56,449 bases of DNA from Ancylonema sp. Taxonomy: Eukaryota. Positions 47,501 through 56,449 of this stretch are shown here, in pieces. Every line of letters starts with the position of its first letter. Position 1 is the stretch's first letter. The notes beneath the pieces are model-generated. The model made no database searches. It had not been told where the DNA came from and was given only the letters and a program-made list of their open reading frames with translations. Both the position numbers and the translations under genes were made by a program. Where the stretch lies: assembly GCA_050230475.1 (NCBI GenBank), contig JBFLGF010000095.1:1-56449 (forward strand), written 5' to 3'.

Positions 47501-50500
47501 AAGGTCGTTTTTTCGGTCCCTCACCTTCATCCGGTTTGTGTTTCCTACTGTGGTGACAAAGGGGCCCCAGAACCCGAGCAGACCCTGGGGTCGAAGTCCC
47601 GGCGAAGTTTCCAACGTGATGCGGAGCAGCACGCCAGAGACCTTCAGGGAGCTGAATCCCAGGTCCCAAACCACAGAACCCCAGATTCAGGACCCCGTTT
47701 CGACGACGTTTGAGGTTCAAGGGTTTAGAGGGGTGCTCATATGGATTTAGGGTTTCTCACTGTATGACTACTTCAGGGTCTACTGCAGCCACCCCCGTTT
47801 GGGTAGCCACCCCCAGCCTGTCCAGGTGTAGTGTATTGTACAGCCCAACCATCCGCCATATGATTGGCTCGTGGATGGACACGCGCCACCCAGATTGCGA
47901 CACCTGGACACAATCCCGCCCTCCCATATAAGCACCCCACCCCCCTTCTTGCACCCGGCCCCAACCCCCCTTCTAAATAAACAAAAAAGAACCCCTCTAA
48001 TGTGATATACCACTCACCCAGACTCCCACTTTCTGGTACTCCACTGACCCACTGGGGGAGGGACCCAAGGACTTGAGTGTGAGTTTGAAGACGTAGTCCC
48101 GCCCACCCTCCTCCCTCTCCCCAGGTGCTAGCAACACAGGCAAGGGAGAGAGCAGCAGCTGATTGTCCACCTGGACTCGAGTCACCAACAGTTTCAACCT
48201 GGGAACCCACCACCACCCCCAACCGACCGGATGAGCACCCAGAGCACCATCCCAATGCCATCCCCCCATCCCCATCAACCCCTTCCTATCCCATCCCATC
48301 TCATCCCATCCCCATCACATCTCATCCCCCGGTATGATCGATTCCCTACTTTGATGTTTTGTGCCCCTGGGCGATGGTGAGCAGCGTGCCATCCAGACAC
48401 ATGTACATGAGCTCCTGTGGCTTCTCGTCAATCACAGAAACCCCCACCCTGCTCAGATCCAGGCCATACTCCACTCTCCCACCCTGTTGCCCCCCCCCCC
48501 CCCCTCCCCCATTCCCCCCACCCCACCCTCTTTCTCCTCCTGCACCATCTGTGAGTGCTCCTTCGCATCTTTGAATACTGCCAGAGTCACCCCCCCCCTC
48601 CACGGTTACCCGCACACAGAACCGGGACCCCTCCCTTCCCTCCTCCCCCTCCCCCTCCCCCTCCCCCTCCCCCCTCTCCCTAGCCGGCACAGGGATCTTC
48701 ACCCCCCGCTCACTAATATCCACATTGTAGATACCAGAGGTGCTCACCCCCCTCTGACTCTGAATCTCCAGCCTCTGCAGCTGCTCCTCCAGAAACTCCC
48801 ATGTGAATGCGGCAGAAGAGGTCGGTCTCAGCACGTCCCAAGGCCCCCCCTCCTCCCCCCCCCCCCCCCACTTTCTGCCTATACATCAGCGTCGTGAACG
48901 GGGTGCGGTTTTCCAATCGGAACGGCATGTGCCCCCCCCCCCACCTCAACGCTAAGTTGAACCTACTCCCCTTTGCCCCCCCCCTCTGTACCAGCCGCAC
49001 TATCCTCTTCTCCCCCCCCAGGTCTGGTCGAAGGAGTAGGGGACGGGTACCTTCCTCTACCACCGAAAACGGACGACTCCATTCTGTCCCCTCTAACCTC
49101 ATCTGCAACCCCCCAACCCCACACACACAGGACCAGAATTTTCATTTTGGAGTCATTACAATCATCACACGTGTGTGAGTGTCTGCTCTCATTGGCTGCT
49201 GACCTGCACATTAGTTTGATGCGAGGAGGGGGAGAGGGCCCAGGCCCTCCAGTCCCCCACTCCCACCTCCTTCTCCTGACCCGGAAAGTTTGTTTGTCGC
49301 AGGAATGCCTTCTCACCCAACCGGTTTGTGAACGTGATGTATGGACGTAACTTGATCACCTGAACCCAACCCCATCCCTGGCTGCAATTAACATCCACCC
49401 TGCAGCACCTGCACCTGTATCTATATCTGTACCTGTATCCATATCCGTGACTCTATCCGTATCTGTATCTGTATCTGACCTTGATGTGTGCCGCGTTTTC
49501 AAAGTGGCATAGCTCCATGGTGGCAAGTAGTCGAAAGAAGGACCCATCCTTCCCCCTCGCCTGCATCTCCGTCTCCTCCTCCTCATTGGCCAGCGCCTGA
49601 AATGCATAGGCCGGTCCAAATTTCCCCTCCCCCGCCTCTGACACCAGAGCCACAGCCAACCCCATTCTGGCCGCGTCATACTTACCCAACATCACTATCT
49701 GCCCCTCCTCGCCCGCCCCCCCCTCCTTAATATTCTCGATCGCCCTCCCCCCCCACCGACTGCGACTCTTAGACTGTCTTACACTACCAACAGCACCTGG
49801 CCCCTCCCCTTCTCCTTCTCCCTCCCCGCCCCCCCCCTCCCCATCCTCTCTACCCCTCGTCCCCTTCCCCTTCCCCTTCCCCCTTCCCCTCCCCATCCCC
49901 CTCCCCTTCCCCCTGCTGTCTGCCACCTCCTTCCTGGCCATTCTCTCTAGGTCGACAATCCGGAATGCGAGGGGGGGGCAGCATTCGCTGTCTATCCAGC
50001 AAGGCACCCACAGCCGCACCGTGCGCACCGACCCCTCCTGCACCCCTGTCTCGTAACTCAGACGCACCTTCACCTTCCTGCGAAGCACAGGAAGAGAGGG
50101 GGAAGACAGGTGTCAATTAGGGGAGGAACCTACCAACATCGACCACACGCACCCTCCAAACAGGTGTCCTTTTTCATTTTCCCTTTCCCCATTTCCTTCT
50201 TTCCCTTTTCCGTTTGGAGCCTATGTTTCCAGTCACCCACTACATCATACTCTCCCCCTATTTATTCTCACCTCTTTCCCTTGGTGAGCGTCATGCTCCT
50301 GGCTGGGTTCACAAACGGGTGACTCATCACCACCGGTACCGTCGGGCCCACCCACTCCTCGCCAGCTGTCCATCCCAGATAGGCCCCCCTCCTCGGATCT
50401 ACCGACGTCACCCCCACCTCCTCCCCCGACCACAAAACCCCTGAGGCACACACCTCCCTCACATCAGCGGTCTGTCTGTCCCAGACCTTGTACCTGCACC

Positions 50501-53500
50501 CCACTGGCATCCAGTTATGCAACACCAGGGGTGGTTGCACCGACACCTTCCAGTCCTTTATAGCCTCCCCATCACTATCGTGACCGATCACGCTCGAACT
50601 CACACTCATCTGCAGCCACATAGGGCGTGCATCCCTAAGAGGACAGCATAAGAACTGCTCTGTTTCCACCAGCTGCTTGCCCATGAACAACTGCCTGTGT
50701 CCCCGGTGTGATACGGCTTCCCCCCACCCGTACCCAGACTCCTCCCTCTCCTCCTTCCCCCCCACCGACCTCGCCGACGGCCCCAAACCCCTTCCCCCAC
50801 TCCCAACCCCAACCCCATTCCCACCCCCCAGCCCCTCCTTCAGAGCCCCCGCTGGCCTGATCTGTATGCACAGCTCAGGGCTGTCTGTTCTCAGAAACCC
50901 GGAAGGCACCGCCTGACTCTCTCCTGGCCCCAAAACAAAAAGGTCCACCCTCCCCTCGTAGCACTCCTCCGGCCTGAACTCCCTCACCCTCACCCACCTC
51001 CTCATCCTGGCCGTATGCATCACACGCTTGAATCGCGCCCTGGGGGAAGCCGGGGGCCAATCCAACTCCGACTGCTTTGTCCCGTACGCCCACCCTTCTC
51101 GATCCACATTCCCAATACGATCCAACTGCCACTCTCCCACCCACACCCACCCCTCAGGCAACCCAGGGACTGCCAGTTCCAGATCAAGATGCTTCCCCCC
51201 ACCCCTCTCCTCCCCCGTGTCGATCACAACCTGCCCTATTCTGCTCTTACCCCACCCTCGGATGGGACGGTACACCTGAGTCTCAAACATCTGCTCCACC
51301 TCCGCCTCCGCCTCCTCCACTCTACTCAACGTCGCCCTTCTCCTCCTGCTCTCTCCCCCTTTCCCCCCCAAAACTCCCTCCTCCTCCCCGCCCCCCTCCA
51401 AACTCTTCCTCATCAAAGCCAAAGGAAGGAGTGACACCTGGATTGGCATGGGCGTGTGATTCCTTACCACCACCAGAGAACGGACGGTCAAATGTTTCAC
51501 CCCGTTTTCGATAACCGTTTCGCTGGCCACCTGCTCTCCCAACACATTCCAGGGAACCGCCCCCCCGATATACACCGCCCCCACCTTCACCCATGGCCCA
51601 CTCTCCTTGAACCCGACTTGAATGGTGCCCGGCTCCTCCTCCTCCTCGGCTACACGCTCCTCCCTCTCCCCCTCCCCCTCGAAAAAGTACTGACAGCTGC
51701 TCAAACTGCCCCCCCCCCCCACCGCTGTACCCTCCCATGCCTCCAGAGCATGCCACATCATATCAAGTCTCGGCCACTGCACCTGAGCTTTCCTCACCCC
51801 CCCCTGAATCGGCGAACGAGAGTGGGATTCCAATTCTGATAAGGCCCACTCACACACCCCCTACAACGCCACCTGTCGTCGCACAAACGACCTCCACCTC
51901 CATCCTATCGGCCCCATCTGGAGAGACCTCAAACGCAAAAACCTCGTCCCACGTACACGTCACCTCCCGTCCCCCTCCCCCCCCCCCCCCCTCCTTCACT
52001 CGACCAGTCTGTGATCTCGTCCTGGCCCGCTGCTGATGCTGTGTGTGCAAAGGGTGGGTGCCAACCCCGGGGCTGGGGTCCAGCCTGTCCAGGCTGGGAT
52101 GGGTGACCAGCTGTAGTCGACACCAGTACTCCTGAGGACCAATCACAGACTTCCCCCCTTCCCGCACCAGTGCCGCTCCTATTCGCACCCCCACATAGCG
52201 CCGTCTCATCACCGCTATCTCCTCCTTTGTGGTCTGGTCTATCAGCACCCGTCTGGGGGGGATATTAACAGATGCAGCTGACCCGGAAGCTAGGGAGAAT
52301 ATGTGTGGGATGCCCCCCTTGGCGACCACTTTCACCCACACCTCTCGTCCCAGCTGGTTGTGCTTCACTATGTACGTGCGTTTCGGACGGTCCAACGCGT
52401 TCGCGCTCTTCTTCTGGATCTTCACGTCGCCTCCCCCCTCATCATCCTGCTCCTCCTCGATTCGCTGCGGAACAATTAAAAGAAAGAGTGAGAGGGCAGG
52501 AGGAGGGTTGAGAAGGCTGGGGAGTGTAGGGACGGTGGGGTAGGGTGGGGTGGGGTAGGGTGGGAGGGGAGGGGAGGGGTGGGGATTGTATACCAGGTGA
52601 TACTGCCTCCTAGCCTCCTCCTCTATCTGCACCAGCCGAGTCCAGCTGGCGTATGCCTCTAGCACCAGGTTCATATTGGCACTCGAAACATTCACGTTCA
52701 GGGGGGTGCCAGCTGTCAGCACCACACGCGTCCCTGGGATCACAGAGTGGTCCTGCCCCGGATCCGCCCCCTTGTAATGACACCTGTCATGGCACACCCA
52801 CATCCCCATTCTCGTCAGAGTCTCGGTCAGCCTAGGAGCAGATGAGGCAGCAATGCGATGCACGAATCCTGACCGTATGAATCCTTCCCAAGACTCGATG
52901 AGGGGTTCCCAGGCGTCCATTCTCCCGTTGTAGGTGGACGCAGCGGCCCTGAACCCCACGTGCCCCCCCAGGGCCCCCCCACTGCCCCCCACCCTCATCC
53001 GCACCTCCCGCAGGGTCACGTCCACCAGGGGCGACATCTGACACGTGGCAAGCAGCCATTGGTGAGCTGACAGAAGGGAGTAAGCCGCAAGGGCGGGGGA
53101 GTTAAAAAGGGGAGGGGTAAAGAGCTCACCAAACCCCCGAAATCGTCGAAGAGTGTGAGAGACACACGTCCCACCTCCCCCTCCAGACCTAAAGTTTCCG
53201 CCTGCGTTGGGCGGTTGAGATCCAAAAGAGTAACAGCCAATCGGGCTGGGGGGGGTTTGGATGCCCCTCCCACCCTAACAAAAAACGTCCCCGCTTTGTT
53301 CCCGACCGCCCACAAACTACAGCCTCCCCCCCCCCTCCCCCCACCCGCACACTTCCAAACAGCCTCCTCCTCAAAAGAGGCTGCGATCAGGTACTCTTTT
53401 TTGACGCAGCACAGGAGGGTGAGGGGGGGGGAGTGAGTTCCCTTATGTGCCACACACCCCATGCCCACGTAGCCGGGGGGGGCAACCGCATCCCAGAACC

Positions 53501-56446
53501 CCACCTCCTCCATCCCTTTCTTCCCTCCCAGCCCTATTTTCCGGCGGAAGGCGAGGGGGGGGGCGATCACTCCGCTACCATTGTCCCTCATCACAACCCC
53601 TCTCATGTCTTCCGAAGGGGGGTTGAACCTGCAGAGTGAGGTGGGTGTCATAGAGAAAAACTAAGTACAAATTTACTGTAGGGGGAAAGGGGGGAAAGGG
53701 GGGAATTCGATAGGTTTTCTTGGGATTTTTAATGGATTTTTTGGGGTTTTTTGAGGTTTCTTTTCAATATTTTTTTTGATTTTGGCTGGGGTATTCTTTG
53801 GGTTTTTTGAAAAAGGTGTAGACTTCTCACCCCTTCACTGCCACATCTCCGATCGGATAGAATCCGGGTGGGCCGATAGGTCTCCAGACTGACACGTCTT
53901 CCACCAATGGGCAGCCTCGAGAGGTCCAGACCAGCTCGTATTCAGACACCTTGCAGTACAGCCGCCCCCCATATCCCTCACCCATCTCTGAACCGCTACC
54001 CCCCCCACCCCCTCCTTCTGATAGCTGTGGGGGTCCCAACTGATAGCCAAGAGCAGGTGGGATGCTTCCTGTCGAGTCTGCTAAAGATTGAGAGGTGACG
54101 CAGTTGAGTGACCCCCACACACCCCCTCCTTCTTCAGCGTTTTGGGTTTTTGGGGTTTCCGCTTGGGGGTGGTGTAAAAGGGGTGCTCGCAATTCATAGG
54201 CCTGGAACCGTGGACTCTCCCCCTGGGGCTGCACGAAAAAGGAGTTGATGGAGTTTTCGATGCGCCAGAACCCCAGCCCCTCCAACCGCCTCAGCCCGAC
54301 CCCCTCCCCCTCCCCCTCCCCATCCCCATCCCCATAGCCCCCCCCCTCCCCCTCCACTTGCACGTACACGCAGTCCCGCACAGATGCTGGCGTTAGTAGA
54401 ACGAGTGCGGGGCAATAGACAGAGGTGAGGGAGGGGGGGTCTTGCCCGGGACTGGCCACACAACCCATGGCCACATATCCTTCGGGGGGTGCAGGAAGCC
54501 ATACGGAGCAGGTGGAGGTGGCCCACAGACGGGTGAAGCGAAGGGGGCGCTTTACGCGATTGAATCCCATGGCTACGGCGAGGACGCGCTGGGAAGGGGG
54601 GTTGTTGCTGCACGTATGAACAGGGGGGGTGTGTGGGTAGGGGGGGGGGGGAATGAAGTGAGAGAGATGGGAGTGACATGACCCCATTTTATGAGGTCTG
54701 TGAAAGGGGGGGGGGAGACAGAAGCTAGATAGAAATATACATAGGTATTACATTTGATTTGTGCAGGGATACTTTACGAGGCCTGCAAAAGAGGGGGAAG
54801 GAAGGAAGGGTAAGAGGGGGTTGGGCGGTGTTCTTACTGGCACGTGATGCAGTCCCCCAGGGAAGCGACTCCAGGAGGTGCGCGTGGCCTCCAGAACGTG
54901 AGTTGCTGTCCTTGATCCCCGATCGCTGTCGACCAATCACAGGCCGGCGCGTGTCAGTCACAAATCACCCATCCCACCCACACCACCACATACTCCCACC
55001 CCCCACCCCTACCTACCCCCTCCCCCTCACCTGGCTGCACCCACACTTTGTCGTATTCCGCACACCCTGCTGTGAACTCCTGAGAAGTGATCTGCAGAAA
55101 TGACTGGTAGTCCTGCTGCAGGCGGTTGGCCAGGCGGATGACGTTATAGGAGAGAGTGCAGGTGAGGTTGGTGGTGCGAATAACGCCTTTCTGTACCCCC
55201 CCTACGGATGTGTACCCAAGGTCCGAATCGAAGGGGTCGATCACGGATAGACTGGTGGAGGATTCCATTTGGGTTCCCTTCAAAGAGGCGGTTAACCGCA
55301 TGTCGGACCCCTCGGTCGAGTACCTGCGGCACCGACGAATGACAGCTCAGCGTCGCACATGTGGAGTGAGGACGGTAAACCCCATGAGTTGCTCCCACCC
55401 CCCTTGTTATACTCACTCTCCGAAGAATGTGGTCTTGATCCGTAGCAGGTTCTCGGGGTGTGTCATGACTTCTGCAGGCCACACCGTGCTGTCGTACAAA
55501 GTCACTTCCGCACTGACCGCCTGCCCACATCCATAAATTCAAAACCCAAATCCCAAAAACCCAAAACCCGATATGTGTCAAACCACTGACCGACCTAGAC
55601 AGACAGCTCTGCTCCTGCCACCTGGCAGATTCCTGCTCTGTTGTATTCACCTGGACTGCGTCAGTCATGTCGATGGGGGGGGTGGCAGGAGAGCATCTGC
55701 TGCTGTTACGTCGGAAGGTGGCTAGCGAGGGCTTCCTGTCCGGAACCTTCTTGGAAGTTTCCAAGATCACGTTGTCCGTTTCTCGGGCAGAGTAGGTGCT
55801 GTCATACCCCAGAGACACGCAACTATCCAGCCATTCCCCGCCCTGCAATCACATGAAACCGAAGTATAGAAAATGAATGTGTGAATCGAAATATGATACT
55901 TGAGTGTGGAAACGAAACATGACATTTGAGAGTGAAGTCGAGGTACAATATTCGAGTATGAATTCGAAATGCATGAGAAGGATCCGGATTGCAAATGAGG
56001 ACTGTGAATGCGCTTTCCTCTATCCCAGGTTCAAACAAAATTCGAACAAATTTCCTTTTCCCCCATACCTGGATCCTGACGTTTTTGAACGTCAACCTCT
56101 TGCCGTTCCCAACCAGGAAAAGAGGGGCGGAAGGAGGTCCTTTCAGCCCCACCCCCTTTTCGTCCGCTAACACCATCGTCCCCCCCTTCCCGTCGTAGCT
56201 GACCTCCTCCCCCTCATACCCATCCACAATGATGGGTCGCTTGGCACTACTGGTCACTGTCTTTTTCATCTGGTAGGTAGTGGGGGAGGTGAGGAAAGTG
56301 GCTTTCTGTAACCCCAACGGATCTTCCTCTTTCCCCTCCTCTGGCCTCAGAATGATGCCCACCGACGGCATAAAGAAGGCAGAAATAGCTTTCAGAAAAC
56401 CAAGCGCCAGCAGCAGTCGAGGCCTCTGGATCCTCACAAACACCGT
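44525..56446 (-). CDS. VPS13: VPS13M-type lipid-transfer protein (At4g17140/At1g48090-like), 3' part; gene continues beyond the window; two apparent frameshifts
   Basis: About 20 in-phase exons. Vps62/DUF946-like repeats (FWRPRAPPG..LGD, VWLPAPPEGYVAMGCV, SVWRPIGPPGFYPIGD); YNGRMDAWEPLIESWEG; C2-like segment; dysferlin/peroxin-like motif (LPEGWVWVGEWQLD..DREGWAYG..RRWVR); VAB/SHR-BD repeats (PFRLENRT, GVSVIDEKPQELMY, QVDNQLL); ATG2_C-like (GVSDAVVHPIKG...PVSGVLDF...RTRLPRAI); terminal Vps62-like (PVSIWMPLPPPGYRSLGCV). Confidence 0.92.
46880..47170 (+). repeat. Degenerate (TATG)n satellite filling a VPS13 intron
   Basis: gtatgtatgt... over ~290 bp; source of the spurious MYV/HTYI ORFs. Confidence 0.9.
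49415..49477 (+). repeat. Degenerate TGTATC hexamer repeat in VPS13 intron
   Basis: ctgtatctatatctgtacctgtatcc...gtatctgtatctgtatctga. Confidence 0.7.
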
Positions 56447-56449
56447 CTG

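Noticed and set aside
51015..51280. Dysferlin/peroxin-like motif inside VPS13 as a novel fusion
   Set aside because: From recall, plant VPS13M-type proteins already carry this segment along with Vps62-like and C2 domains, so it is expected architecture.

Overview
Intron-rich eukaryotic nuclear DNA, not prokaryotic. Protein similarity and intron positions point to a streptophyte plant, most plausibly a non-seed plant or charophyte alga (inference). I reconstructed 11 recognisable spliced genes by hand using GT-AG junctions and phase. In order: At1g32220-like NAD(P)-binding protein (5'-truncated), a malectin-like/TM receptor-like protein with no kinase, a stand-alone myosin TH1-domain protein, the HSP90 co-chaperone p23, SmF, a DUF6816-like probable thylakoid-lumen protein, ispD/MCT, RPS5, proteasome alpha-7 (PAG1), an atypically extended VAMP72-like R-SNARE, and the 3' ~12 kb of a VPS13M-type gene. 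There is also one orphan low-complexity gene candidate. Introns and intergenic DNA carry many simple repeats ((CAT)n, TATG, G/C runs). I found no CRISPR array, rRNA, intact tRNA or intact transposon, and no clearly new multi-gene system. The best leads are the doubly extended VAMP72, the kinase-less malectin receptor, the orphan gene, three homopolymer-associated frameshifts (probably assembly errors) and a GC-AG intron. Family assignments come from my recognition of motifs; no database search was run.
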